Counted from the first letter of the stretch, positions 1 through 13,339 are shown. The stretch is 64,000 nt of DNA from the human T2T-CHM13v2.0 reference genome, Homo sapiens (GCF_009914755.1 NC_060941.1); one strand, 5' to 3'. The notes: a model not told the origin generated them from the sequence alone. Made by a program: numbers and translations.

Positions 1-58
1 ACATTTTAGAGGCTAATAATTATGTCTATCGTATATAATATGTATCCTACACACATGA

Positions 59-500
<442 letters not shown>

Positions 501-960
501 TACTCTTCATAAAGCTTTAAGAGGCAAATACTATTATTATCCCCATTTTATAGATAAGGAAACTAAGGCTTGCTGAAGTTAAGCAGGTTTTGGCCGGGTG
601 CAGTGGCTCAGATCTGTAATCCCAGCACTCTGGGAGGCTAAGGCAGGTGGATCACAAGATCAGGAGTTCGAGACCAACTTGACCAACATGGTGAAACGCT
701 GTCTCTACTAAAAATACAAAAATTAGCTAGGTGTGGTGGCATGCGCCTGTAATCCCAGCTACTCAGGAGGCTGAGGCAGGAGAGTCGCTTGAATCTGGGA
801 GGCGGAGTTTACAGTAAGCCAAGATCACACCACTGAACTCCAGCCTGGGTGACAGAGCAAGACTCCGTCTCAAAAATAAAAAAGTTAAGCAGATTTCCCA
901 AGGTCACAAAACAAAAAAGATGAAATTTGAATCTGAATCTGTGAATTTGTATCCTTTTCA
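501..960 (-). mobile_element. MIR fragment interrupted by Alu insertions
   Basis: MIR core ccccattttatagataaggaaactaaggc resumes after the Alu as cccaaggtcaca...tttgaatc. Confidence 0.75.
592..881 (+). mobile_element. AluS (Sg-like)
   Basis: Full dimer from ggccgggtgcagtggctca; shortened gatcacaagatcaggagttcgag; TSD aagttaagcag(g/a)ttt at 576-590 and 882-896. Confidence 0.92.
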
Positions 961-1599
961 TTATTTGTGTTTTACTGTACTTAGTACACTGGTTGTCCAA
1001 CAGTTATGCCAAAATAAGTGCTAACTGATCATTAAATTATATCTGAGTTCCTACAGCCTTTTCTTGAGCATTCTCTGTACTGATTACGTGGGCTGAAAGA
1101 TCAATGGGCTTTGGCTTAGTGTGGATTTTCTGGGCTTCCTGAACTCTTCCCTGGTGTGATGTCAAGTCCTCTGATAAGTTTTCGTCTCTCCTTAGGTCTT
1201 TCAAATCCCAAGGTGGTATCAAGGGCTGCTGCCCAGATCCCAAACTCCTACCACGGCTTATGGGTGCCTGGGACAGTCCCGAAGGCCTAAGGTCTTGCTC
1301 AATCAATGGCCTTGCATTGGCCCTGAGATTCTGATTACAGTTGTTTTGCAAATAATGAGAAATTTGAAAAATATTGCTGTCCCCTAAATTGAGCCAGTCC
1401 TAACACTCACAAAATCCATAATGGTATAGATACCCAGATAGACCTTAACTGTGATTTAATAGTGCTCACTGTAATTTAGCCCCAGGGAAATGTGCTTTCA
1501 ATTAACCAATGTAAGCACAATGTCTACTTATCCCATAAATGTTCTCCTAAATGTGCTAATTAAGACCTAGATCCAGTGCTTCTCATATTACACTCTCTT

Positions 1600-2255
1600 T
1601 CCTTTCTCCTAAATGCCTCTCTACTTCAGGATCACTTTATGCTTATCTGGAGTGTGGGCATAGTAGTCTATTGTCTGCCTCCAATTTTGCCCTATGTGCC
1701 TTAATTCATTCTCTACAGGGCTTAAATCTGTTAACAACGAAAAACAAAAAACAAAACCCCTTTAGTGACTCACCCTGTTTAACTACACTCTAACTTCTGG
1801 CCTCCTCCATATTATGGCCTCTCACCCACCCTTCCTGTCTCATCTTCTATTTTTCACTAACATCATCCAAACTCTTCTACATCCAGGTCTCTGTGCTGTT
1901 CTCTCTTTCTGAACTACTCTACCTCCATCTGTTCACCTGAAAACCCCACCTCTTCCAAAGCCTCCAAGAAAACCATTTGGTAACCAATCTGCTTGGATAT
2001 GGCATACTTCCCTTTCAACTTCATGCTGATTTACCTGTTCTTTCCTAATGGAATTTAGCATATATGTCCTTTGCTCCTACTGCTGCTTGAGTCTAATAAA
2101 GAATTTGAAGCAGTAGTTTTGTGTTTATGTAATTATGTATTTGTCTTCTTCTCCCAACCAGAGTAGAAACTTCTTCACTAGGGCAACTTTATCTCTGCAT
2201 CTTCACAGGGATTTGCACACAGATGCTTCATAAATGACTTTTGAATTAAACTGAG
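1600..2255 (+). mobile_element. L2 3' fragment, highly diverged
   Basis: Pyrimidine-rich L2-like body ending in an L2-type tail (cacacagatgcttcataaatgacttttgaat). Confidence 0.55.
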
Positions 2256-2743
2256 TTAGGTTGAAATGATAGGAAGTAGAAGGGAACACACTAACTATTG
2301 AGCTCTTTAAGAAGGCAAACAGAGTGGGCAGCCATTAAGTATCCCCAGTGTTCGAGAGTATTGGTCCTGCTTGAGTGAATGACCAGCTGAATTTCTTCAT
2401 TCAGAGGCTTCACCCAGATCATGTTCTTTACCCCTGAATAGTTTTCCTAGTCATTCAGTACAATCCTTAAGACTTGATCAACTATCAGATGACACATTCT
2501 TAAAGCATCTTCTCATAAATAAATAACTACAACTGTCAATGATGATGCAATGGTGGTTGTGTGATAGTACTTGAATCAGGAGTCAGGCTATCTCAGTTGT
2601 AGCCTTTGAAATATCATTTAATTGCCGTAGAACTGGGGAACTGAGCCTGAGTTATTTTATTTGTGTGCCTCTGTACACAACAATAGTTAGATAACTGGAG
2701 TGCTAGCAGCATGTCGCTTTATGATCTCACACATGCTCTGGAT

Positions 2744-3077
2744 CAGTGGTCTGCCATTCTGAATGCCCATTAAAATCACCTGGGGAGCTTTAAAAATACC
2801 AATGTCTGCCCCAACCCAACCAAATGTTATAGTCTCTGAGGTCTACCAAGCATCAGAATGTCTTTAAAGCTCCACAAGTCATTCCCAAGAGTAGCCAGAG
2901 TTGAAAACTTCTACTATAGACCAAGGCTTCTCAGATTTTAATGTGCATGCAAACCACCTGAGGATATTTCCAGTCTAATTTTGTAGGTGTAAGGAGGGGC
3001 CCAAGAATCTGCATTTCTAACAAACTCCCAGGTGATGCCAATGCTGCTAGTGCATGCACCACACTTTAAAGAATAAG
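2744..3077. mobile_element. Two adjacent MER5-type hAT MITEs (~2744-2913 and ~2922-3077)
   Basis: aatcacctggggagctttaaaaatacc and gcccaagaatctgcatttctaacaaactcccaggtgatgcc are MER5A hallmark motifs. Confidence 0.8.
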
Positions 3078-3470
3078 ATGCAATTGATTCTGTATAAGTT
3101 CCTTGAAAGAGCTGCTCTTAGAAGGAGCCATCTGACTAACTACATGCCCTAATAGGTGCCTCCAGGATTTAGGTGCTTGTCTTTCTTCAGATTCTGGGGA
3201 GCATCTAAGAGTGTCCAACTTCAGAACCTATGAAATGCTCCAGAAGCAATCAAGACAATAGATCTAAATAGAGTTACTGACAGAAGCAGATGCTTCAGAG
3301 ACTAGCACAACAGGTGGGTACCCAGGAACATTGGGTGAAGGCTAGCACAAGGCTTTAATGATAAACTGGCCATCACATTTCTAACACCCAGAGTCCCACA
3401 GTTCCTAGCATTCTCCAAGACATCTAGACAATGCATTAATTAATTCAAGCAAAACTAATTGATCACCCAT

Positions 3471-4152
3471 TGTGGCAGTCATTTATTTATTGTCTCCCAG
3501 CCCCAAACTCACCCTTCTACACTCTGATATGTAATTCTGGGGCTGGGACTCTGCAAACCACATTTATCCTTTGATTGCTCGCTCTAGGGTGACCAATTGT
3601 CCCCATTTTCCTAAGTCTGTTTCCCATTTTAGCACTGAAAGCCTTGTGCCCAGGAAACCCCTTATTCTCAGTTAATTATTCTAGCTGGCTTGCTGTTAGG
3701 TTCTGCAAATAGGTGACATTAGGGGGAGATTTAAAGGAGGGATAAGGGTCTGTCTTATTCCTGTTTTGTTTACCATTCCTGTCATTGCTACCTGAGTTAG
3801 TGGCAGGTACCACCCAGCAGCAGCAGCAGCAGCAATGGTTGGTTCCAGCCTCCAGCTCCTTTCAGCACACCAGAGCCAGCCTTGTTGCTTTGTCTCAGGG
3901 ATGCCACAGCATCTGGGCAGCTCCGTGGACCTCCTCTTCTGAGCTTCTAGGTTCTGGTGATTCACCTCTGCCCTTGTTCTCCAGCCTTAGGGATAGGTTG
4001 CTATTTCCTGCATTTATCATATCTGGGTTATATCAGTGAGCATGCTGATATGCTCTTTTAGTCCTTCAACACCTGCATAAACTGTTTCTTCTATTAAATT
4101 CCTTCTGATGATTTATTTGGTGTGGTTTTCCTGACTAGTTTCTGGCTTATAT
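3471..4152 (+). mobile_element. LTR33-like ERVL solo LTR
   Basis: Starts TGT; ctggggctgggactctgcaaaccacattt and attaaattcc...ttttcctgact match recalled LTR33 features; contains (CAG)6 at 3815-3832. Confidence 0.75.
3585..3683. mobile_element. MER81-like hAT MITE nested in LTR33
   Basis: tagggtgaccaattgtccc...ttttagcactgaaag...ggaaacccc; degenerate 8-bp TSD gctcgctc / gctggctt. Confidence 0.7.
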
Positions 4153-4154
4153 AT

Positions 4155-4700
4155 TTGTTCAGTGCAAACTACTCAGTTGGACACTAGAAATATTAAAATA
4201 AATATGACACAGCTGCAGTCCTCTAGTGGGAGGAGAGATAAGTGTCCTTATTACAGTGTGGTGGGGACATGCTGGGCAGACCACACACCAAGTGTTAGGG
4301 GAGCCCAGTGTGGGGAGTTCCCAGAATAGAGAGTCATTGAAACGTTTCTGGGGAGGGGTTTTTGAGATGAATTTCAACTGAGGCTTCAGCAAAACTGAAG
4401 AAAGGAGCAAAGACGCTTCAGGCATGGGAAACAGCTTATGCTAAGGCATGAAGGAGTGTATGTACAGCACCGTATACTCTGGGAATAACTCTGCATGTCC
4501 AGAATGAGAATTGTGAGTGGAGAAGTAGGAGATGTTCCCGCTCTCCATGGACCTTCAGTGCTGAGCTAAGATGTTTGGAATTTATCCTGAAATCTTTAAG
4601 CTGTTAATCAAAGGTTTTAGAAGGGGCTACCACTCCAAGTGGAAAATTGAGAAGGGGAGTTGACATCTACTAGTTGGGTTTTAAGTAAGCTTTTGTTCAA
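4155..4700 (-). mobile_element. L2 fragment
   Basis: Reverse-complement L2 3' end pattern (tttgttcagtgcaaactact...tctagtggga...aacagcttatgctaaggcatgaagg). Confidence 0.65.
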
Positions 4701-4818
4701 TCCTATAGGCTAGGAATTCATGGTCCTGTGTTGTAAGAAATAGGTGATTGCTTTAAATAAAGACATGGAATATTAATTCAAATCAAGGTAGGTTATTCCT
4801 TTAGGTACCTGGACACAC

Positions 4819-4844
4819 CACACACACACACACACACACACACA
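4819..4844. repeat. (CA)13 microsatellite
   Basis: Read directly. Confidence 0.95.
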
Positions 4845-5790
4845 GAGCCTAGATTATCTTGTTGAAATAACATAAAATAATAGAATGGCTTCTTTTGAGG
4901 GCACATTAACAAAATTGGAGCATCTTAGTCTGTCATGAAGAAAGGAGTGGCTATTCTGATGGACAGGTATATATATTTAAAGGTTCCAGAGAGTATAAAC
5001 CAGACTTTATAGCAAGTGGAGGATCCCTTAATTTTCAGGAACCTGGAGACCACCTGAACAAGAAAGTTACCTGAAAAAAAAAGACTCAACTGTGAGACAC
5101 AATCCTTTTCTCAAGCTAGCTAGAATAATTAGCTGTTCTGGTTTACCTGAGACTAAGAAGTTTCCTGGGACAGGGCCCTTTCAGTGCTAACTACACTTGT
5201 GGGCAAGTTGTTGAAGATAACTAGAAATACAAAGACAATGTGACACAAAATTCTCTGGCAAGTCGGGGAAGGTGTAGACATGGACTCCAGAGGTCTCTGC
5301 CATCAGAATTGCTGGTTGTTTTGGGGAAGTGCTATGAGAGACTGAAAAGGCTAGTGGGAGGTTGAGATTACTTAAATGCACTGTTTAATTTTTTTTTTCA
5401 ATAAAAGTCTAAAAGCCAGGCTTTAAGCCTAAAGTGCTGGAGGCTATTAGCCACCTGAGGCAAGGCAGTTAGGCACAGGTGTGCCAGGCTGCCAAATTAC
5501 AATGAGTGCACATCCCAGGTTCAGAATATCTGAACCACTGGGCTCTGTTTGATGCTAAAATGACCCATTTTGAAACCAATAAAAGAAAATGCCACTTTAC
5601 ACAGTGAGAAACAGGCATTAGGAACATACTGTCCCTTTGGAAGAGTCCCCGTGGTATAAGCAACATTGACCAAGCTCCAGGGGTTATCTTCAGGGACAGA
5701 AGCCCCCAAGAGAGGGAGGCATCAGTCAGTCTGAGTGGTCGTTATGGGTATTTTGGTCATCATCACAAGAAATAATTGGGAAGATCTTGC

Positions 5791-6463
5791 TCTTGTGTCA
5801 AATCCCTATCAACCTCAATAGGGAAGGCACCAGGTTCAAGAGGCCGGAGAAGAGACCCAGAGCTAGCAAACGAGACACAGGGTTTTACTAGGGGCCTACA
5901 TACACAGGAGAGAGTCCAGTGGTGGTGAGCTGGACAGAAGAGCCGCCTTATATACGGAGAATGTCCAGTGGTGGCAGGCTGTACAATATATCCACCTTAT
6001 GTACGGTCCAGTGGCGGAGGGCTAGACAACATATCCGCCTTATGTATGGTCCAGTGGTGGCAGGCTGGACAACATATCTGCCTTATATACAGTCCAGTGG
6101 TGGTGGGCTGGACGACATAACCGCATGGCCCAGAGACAGCAGGCTGGGCAAGAAAACTGCAACCACACAAACAACATGCAGTTTATACAGCATTTTCACT
6201 TAACACCCTCCCCTTAATGACTTGCACCTGGCAACCTTCATTTAACGCAAAACTCAGGGCCTCAGTGCCCTGTACAGCCCATGTTCCATGGGATGGGATG
6301 GGGCCATGGGGATGGTGGTACTCAGATGTTTCTCATAGACAAGACATGGGTCTCCAGGTTGCCTAGATTCCCCAGCTCGGGACACACATTAAGATGCATC
6401 TACCATACAGGGTCATTCTAAGGGTATGCTTAAGGTATTCCTGTTAGGTGTGTTTATCCAACA
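5791..6463 (-). mobile_element. ERVL solo LTR (LTR32-like) with internal tandem array
   Basis: LTR-type termini (ends ...ccaaca on +); 5-bp TSD cttgc / cttgg; U5-like gggaaggcaccaggttcaagaggcc; subfamily from memory. Confidence 0.7.
5914..6125. repeat. Five-copy ~43-bp tandem array inside the LTR
   Basis: gtccagtgg anchors at 5914, 5963, 6006, 6049, 6092 (spacing 49, 43, 43, 43). Confidence 0.9.
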
Positions 6464-6589
6464 CTTGGAATGTGCTGCACTGAGGTTTAAATATAAAACT
6501 GCAAATATCCAGGAGATGGAGAGCTGTGTCAGTATTGAACCTGAGACAGGGCTGGGACGATTCAGTGGACTGGAAGTCACAGAGGTGGT

Positions 6590-7050
6590 CATGGTATTAT
6601 GGGACCTGGCAACAAAGTTGATACATACATGAAAGTGGAGAAACAGAGAATTAGGAAGGAGGAGGTGATTGTCTTGTCCTGTCCTGGTCATACAAACAGT
6701 GACTTCAGGCCTTGCCATGATATATTTAGAGGGATATTGACAAACTGGAGCACTAGCTGAGGATGAAGATTGGACAGTGAGAGAGGCAAGCACTGGGAAC
6801 ATTCAGAGGAGAAGAAGGATGGCCCACGAGAACCCACTCACTATGTACTGACACGTGATGGGCTGTCTTGTGAAAGAGGAATTAGATGGGTTTGGAGAGG
6901 GCCCAGCGGGGAGAGCCAGGATGGATGAGTGGAATTCCAGGGAGACAGATTTTGATTTGATGAAAGGGAGATGTCTGTGGCAGTTAGAACTGAGCTCCCC
7001 AGCTATGGATTTGGCTGCCTTGAAGGCAGTGCCTCCAAAAAGTATTCAAC
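6590..7050 (+). mobile_element. L3/CR1 3' fragment
   Basis: tttagagggatattgacaaactggagc, gggctgtcttgtgaaagaggaattaga and gggagacagatttt are L3 hallmarks. Confidence 0.75.
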
Positions 7051-7079
7051 AGAGAAAAACAAACGGGCCCTCAGTGTTA

Positions 7080-7310
7080 TGCCCGTGCACATACGAATGT
7101 GATTATTATCTCACCCTGCTTTATTTTCATCATTGCACGTGCCATTTGCAATTGTTTGTTTCTGTTTCCTTATTGATTGTCTTTCTTCCGCTGGAATGTA
7201 AATCCCATGAGAACAAGGACCTTATCAGGCTTATTTGCTGCTGTGGTCCAAGAACCTACTATGGTGCCTGGCATATGGTAGGTGGTCAATGAACATTGGG
7301 TGAGAAACGG
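7080..7310 (+). mobile_element. L2 3' end
   Basis: ctggaatgtaaatcccatgagaacaaggac...gtgcctggcatatggtaggtggtcaatgaa. Confidence 0.85.
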
Positions 7311-8809
7311 AAGGCTAAGGAAGGGACTCCATCACCGTTTGAAAGGTAGGTTTAGAAATAGCTTCTGAGACAAGAAAAAAATATCTTTCTTGAATAAAAT
7401 TTCTCATGGGACCCCAATATTCAAAATCAATTAATGTGGCATTTTAATAGTGCACATTTATGTCATAAGTCTCACTGTTAACCGTTTATTTTACATATAG
7501 TAAGAAGAGTCACTGAGAATGATGAGATTGTTTTGATAAACATGATAAAACTTTTGAAATCAAGGCTACTAGAAGACTTAGAATGTAATGTATTCCTCTA
7601 TTTTCTTCTGCTTACAGAGCACTGGGAAAACCCTGATTCATGCAGAGAAGTAGTTGCAAATGATATCAGTCTGCAATAGCTCATCTGGCAATCTCAGGGT
7701 AATTCTTCAATTAAACTGATGGAGAAGCTTGAAAAGAGAGTAGTTGGAAAATTGAGCTTGGAAGCCAAATCTCTCACAGTTTGTAACAGCAGGTTGTGCC
7801 TCTTATCATGCATTCAAAAGTCAGGCAAGAAGAGGCAAAGCTTACAATGAATGCCAATGCTATTTTGATGTGTGACATTATCATGACTCTGATGAGTTAC
7901 ACATTTGGTTATAATTGTACAACCAACCATTAAGCCTTGGGAGTCAAGCACCTTCTCCTTGCCTAACTCTTAACTGAACACGAGGCTGTGTCTCTGTGCT
8001 GTGGAACTGTCTAATTCTCCAGATATAGAGGTGTTCAGGCATAAATTTATCTTTTAAAAAATCAGCACAAAGATGCAATCTTCATAGCCAATAACTCATT
8101 TTCAATAAGCTCTGGTGTATATGTATAACTTTATTGGGAGAAGAGTCCTGAGAACTACACAAAAGTGTGCTGGTAATACAGGTTAATGTATTGGTGCTAA
8201 AATTTGGTACATGGCATATTTAAGTTGCATGTTATTCTTTTAAATGAATTTTACTAATTAAAATATATTAAAATGAAATTATAATTAAAAATTCTTGTAG
8301 GATGACCGTGGCATTTGTACTTAAATGTTACTAGAAAAAGCCCAAATTAAGGGTTCCTTGTGAACCTGAGATTCTCCAACACTGGATGGGATGGAGTCAT
8401 AACCTTCAAGACATGTGGGCAGGACCATTTAGATCACGGCAAGGAGGGCAGAGTAAGATGGCCCTAATTATGGGCTTTATCATAAAATCGACTGTTGCCG
8501 GCATCCAAGTAAACAAGGACCATGACACCCAGACTCTCTGCCCCAACATTGCTGTTGTGACAAAGTGCTTCTGCCATATTGGATAGGTCAGGTGAGCATA
8601 TGAAAACAGAGATGATAGTCATCTGGGAATGGAGAGTAACCGGTCTTCAAAACTTTATTTCACAGAGATGGTGGTGACTTGCATTTCTGTAAGCCAGCAA
8701 AGGAAGAAATAAATTTCCTCAACCAATTTAAAGAATAATCCAGCTGACAGATATAAACTGTCAACCTGTTATTTAGCTCTATTAGTGATTGCAAATATCA
8801 GATTATATT

Positions 8810-9060
8810 AGCTACCAATATTTATTGAATACTTACTATGTGCTAGATAGTCTCATAATATATTTATATAAATTTTTTTATTTTTCTAGCAATCCTGGGA
8901 TTTCCATTTTTGAGTATCCCCATTTTACAGATGGGAAATAACAGATGTTAAGTAACACAGATGTTAAGTAACTTGGCTAACGCCATGTAGCCAATGTACA
9001 GTGAGGCCATGATTCAGAACCACATACTTTGACTCCAAAGCCTACATTTTTAACCACATT
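8810..9060 (-). mobile_element. MIR
   Basis: tttattgaatacttactatgtgctag...ccccattttacagatgggaaa...gactccaaagcc. Confidence 0.85.
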
Positions 9061-9489
9061 GAAAATATGAACAGATTATGGGGGAAGCTAGGTTCAGGAG
9101 CTGAATTGTCCAGTCATAAAGTACCTAGGGTTTTAGAAAAAAATTCCGGAGTTACAGAATTATCTAAAATTGGATAAGGTTCTGCAAGTCAAGTTAGTGC
9201 TATACTATTGATACCTAATTCTATCATTTGATTGATATCCAGTTATATTGATTGGTTCTTAATTTTTATCTTAGCCTATAGTAAGACCTTTTTCCATCTC
9301 ATGGAAACGTACCTCCAAATTTATCATGTATGCCAAGGGAAAACTGATCAACTCTCCACCATTTTGTTTTACGAGTAATATTACCAGAATGCTTGTATTT
9401 CATTGAGTGAAGGGTGCACCTGTAAACGCAGCATTGAACTTGGAGGTATGCAGTGGGTGGTAAGAGAGCAGCCTTGAATGAAAGAGATA

Positions 9490-9700
9490 ATATGGTATAG
9501 TGGGAAGAACATACATTTAGGAGGAACAGAGTGGCTCTGCAACTACATAATTGTATGACTTTAGGCTGTTCATTGAATCTCTCTAAGTCTCAATTTTCCA
9601 AGTTGAGAAATGGCGATAATGGAGTCTCATAGTCCTGCTGAGATGATGGAATAATCGTATTTTGAATACCTGCCAGATAGAGGCACCTTACCTGTTAGAA
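9490..9700 (+). mobile_element. MIR
   Basis: tatggtatagtgggaagaac...ggctctgcaact...tctctctaagtctcaattttcc. Confidence 0.7.
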
Positions 9701-10745
9701 CTCTTTCTCCCCACCTTCATCTTTCTCATGCAATGTATATACATGATTAGAATGACCTCATACATCCAGCATATAAAATAAAAGCAAGTGAATATCTTAT
9801 CGTATATTGTGACAAGGGATTGAAAATTCTAAAGAGGTGTTTATAAATACCTGAAAAAAAAGCTTGTAAGGATGAGGCCACATTATTTCAGAGTCCCTAT
9901 TGCCTCCAACCTTGCCAAAACTGCTATTAGCATTTAGCTGTTTAGCTAAAATGGGCCTTTTCTTCATTGTGGACTTCCTCTTATGACTTTCGTATTGGCG
10001 AGGGGACTTTGGAAAATTCATGCAAAGACCTACCACATAGTCGTTTTCTGAACTGCAGAATTTTGTCTAAGATTATAAAGGCCAGAAATGTCCAAAGGGA
10101 GGAGACACTGGATATAAACAAAATGAACAAGGGGAAAGTAGAAAGAGCATTTAAATGCTTCCATGTCCAGGCCCAGTGTGCACAGGCTTTCTGGACATGC
10201 TATGGCTTGGGGGCTCTTCTCCCGGGCCAGATAGGGAGCAGGTTCTGGGAGTCAGCTCCTCCCAGATTGTACCTGTGAGAGGAAATTCAGCTGACAGTAA
10301 ACAACAGCCAAGGGTCCAGTGCTTGATCTTGGCTGTAATGCATGCCCCAGTCTCTATCAAAGGCCAATAGCCACTTGCTTCACCTGCCCAGTTCTGCTGG
10401 GTTTGACATGCTGAGTTATTTTCCCTTCTCAAGTTGGCCTCACTAATAGCTCTGATTGCCAAGCCCTTCATAATTGGCCTTGTTCTGTTGAATCTGATCT
10501 GCAGAGTGGGATGGGGGAGGATGCATGAGCTAGCTCTAAATTAAGCAGGTAAATTAAAGATGTGTATGATGCCACCCCACCAAAATGACTATTTTTCAGT
10601 TAGCTTAACTGGCATTTCCAATCTGACTCCTTTCAAAACTGGATGTTTGCCGTTAAACACACATGCACACCCACCCACACACAATAACACCGTCTACTTC
10701 TTTCACAGCTTATACCTGTGAGCAGCTAAGATTCTCAGTGATAAC

Positions 10746-10870
10746 TTTTTTTTTTTTTTTTGAGACGGAGTCTTGCTCTGTCGCCCAGGCTGGAGTGCAG
10801 TGGCACGATCTCGGCTCACTGCAAGCTCTGCCTCCCGGGTTCACGCCTTTCTCCTGCCTCAGCCTCCCGA
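10746..10870 (-). mobile_element. 5'-truncated AluY
   Basis: AluY diagnostics gcaagctc and ttcacgcc; TSD cagtgataac at 10736-10745 and 10871-10880. Confidence 0.92.
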
Positions 10871-11651
10871 CAGTGATAACGTTTTAAGTCTACGGTCTCT
10901 TCCCTGGGACATGATTCTCCAAGGCAGAGCCCAGAGGACCAGAAAACCACAATTTTCAAACCCACTGTGTCATCTCCTCTTATCCTGTACAATTCCGTCT
11001 CAGCTCCTCAGGCTCTCAGCAAGTTCTTATTCCCACCAGGAGAACTTTCCTAGCAGCAGCAGGAGGAGTCTCCAGTTCCAGCCAGGAACATCTAAACCCA
11101 GGCACCTAAAGGATTTGGAAATAGCTCCAACGACCTCTTTGCATCTTCTCTGGAAAACAGAGACTTCTGGGAGGCATCTAGTAGGGCAGAAAGAGGAGCC
11201 TTACAGGAGAAAGTTTCTAGTAGCTTCAGGCTCTACCATTGCTGTGCGTTTTGGGAAAAACCCACCTGTTTTCCTTGAGCCTTAGTTTTCTCTTCTGTCA
11301 AGTGGGGAGAGTAACACCCTGCTTTATCCACCTCACCCAGCCCTTCATCCAACTCTCTGCCATGAGGTTACCATCCAGTAAGAGTCAATCCTGGGGAACA
11401 GGCCTTGCAGACAGCCCCCATCATCAACACTTTCTCCTTATATGACCTGACACTCTATTTCCTGCCCTGTTTCTGCAATTCTCAGCAACTAATCTCCAGG
11501 CTCTCTTCCTGCTCATGGCTAGGCACACATAAACCTTTGGAATAAGGCTGACCCTGCTCGCTGGGTACAGTCACTCTTTTCCCACACTCCAGACAGGATA
11601 CTACTGTGCTCTCAGCTTGCAATAGTATATGGGACACAGCTTACTCTCCCT

Positions 11652-12020
11652 GCTAATTCATCAGCCAACATTCCTTGAGAGTCTTCTGCATGCCAGGGTG
11701 CAAATAATTGAATGAGAGCATGCCTGTTATCAAAGATAGTCTAGAGGAAGAGGCAGATGAGCAAATGACAAGGCCCGGTGATGCACAGTAGCACAGAGGA
11801 AAGTACAGGCCAATGGGAGCCCAGTGGAGGGGAGCCTGGGAAGCCTTCAAGGAGGAAAAAAGAAGATCAAGTGTTAGGCAGGCAAGGGGCAGCAATGGGA
11901 GTGGAGAGTACAGGAAGCATCTGGGCAGGAGATGCAAATGCAAATATATGGGGAGGAAGAGGAGAACTCACTCCAGGCACTTTGGGAAGTGAATGCATTG
12001 TCTCTACTTGACAGAAGATA
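11652..12020 (-). mobile_element. L2 fragment
   Basis: attcatcagccaacattccttgagagtcttctgcatgccagg...gtctagagg...gggaagccttc. Confidence 0.7.
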
Positions 12021-13339
12021 GCCAAGAGCTGGAAGAGGCAAAGAGATTTGCCTGGGGCCTCACAGCCAGTAGACTGCACAGAGAAGGTTAAAATCTACAT
12101 CTGCTTACTTCAGAGCCTGAGCTCTTTGCATTACACGCTCTGCCTTTCCAAGTAGAGGGTGGTCAAGGCAACCAGAAGGGCAGCCCTAGATCAAAGCAGA
12201 AGGCACTGCAGCCTTTGCCAGAAATCCCATTCTACTGGAGCTAACATGGGCCCCCGAAGCAGCCACGTTTACATTTCATCCTTGCCAATAATGAACGTGC
12301 CAACTAAGGGGCAGGCAACCTAGGTTACCCAGTGGGGCATCCTTTTTTTCTCCTTACATGCTCAACCTCTTAGGTCTTATACCTCCTCTTCCTCTGCTCT
12401 CTTGAAAGTGAGCTACTGCTTGGGAGGGATAATGGCATTGCTCCTGCTCCCTTGTGAATGAGGGGTGTTGTAGCCCAAAAGCAACAGAGGACAGGCACTG
12501 AGCTGCTGGTGCCCTCCCTGCTTCAAAAGGGCCAAGCTTTAGAGGCTCTCATGCCCTTAGGGACTCATACTAATCTTTTTATCTAGTTATTTATACAACA
12601 TTCTGCAGAGTTGACTTGTCTCGTGATTTTACAAAAGAGCAAAAATAACAACGTCAGCACTTCAGGTGCACAGTAATTCCTAATTCCCTGCTCCCCAAGG
12701 CATTCTAGGCAGTAGCTGGATGGTACAGATGAAGGAATGGAGAGGTACCTGGAAGGCAGGCAGGCTTCACTCCAGGGGCTGACGGTGTTACTGGACAAGG
12801 CCCTCAACACTCTGGGGTTCTGCCAGGCAAAATAGGAAAATATGGGAAGGGGAGGCAGGGATAAAAGTAGTATTTGTTAAACACATTATATGCACATATC
12901 TATTTTATCCTTACAACAGATAAACATTGTTCTGATTCTACAGCTAAGAAAAAGGAAGCTCTGAGAGGTGCTAATTCCTTTGTTAAAGTAACATACCTAG
13001 GAAGAGGCAGATCCTGCCTACTGGCTGATTTCTGTACTATTTCTGCATTTATGTTTCAGAAAATTGGCCTAATTTTTACAACTAGTTTGTGCTAAAGTCC
13101 AAAGTAGAACTTGAATCCTTCACCCTTCTATACCAGTGAATAAATGTGCTCATTAATTAGTGCACTCATGTGCAAACATATCTAGTGCTCACTCTAGGTG
13201 AGATCCTGTGCTGAGTCCCCGCCTGCTAGGAGCTTCTTGGTAAGAACTGGGATCCTGGAAGCACAGAGGGCCATGAGAACCCAGGGGAAGAGCAAGCATG
13301 AAGGACTTGCTGTCCGCTATTAGCAGACACTGGCTGGGG

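Noticed and set aside
3785-4039. Poly-Q / poly-A ORFs
   Set aside because: A (CAG)6 run inside LTR33; short chance ORFs.
5914-6125. CRISPR-like array of palindromic repeats
   Set aside because: The inter-repeat sequences are homologous to each other rather than unique spacers, there are no cas genes, and it lies within a mammalian LTR.
6855-7292. 145-aa ORF
   Set aside because: Spans unrelated L3 and L2 fragments and has no recognisable domain.
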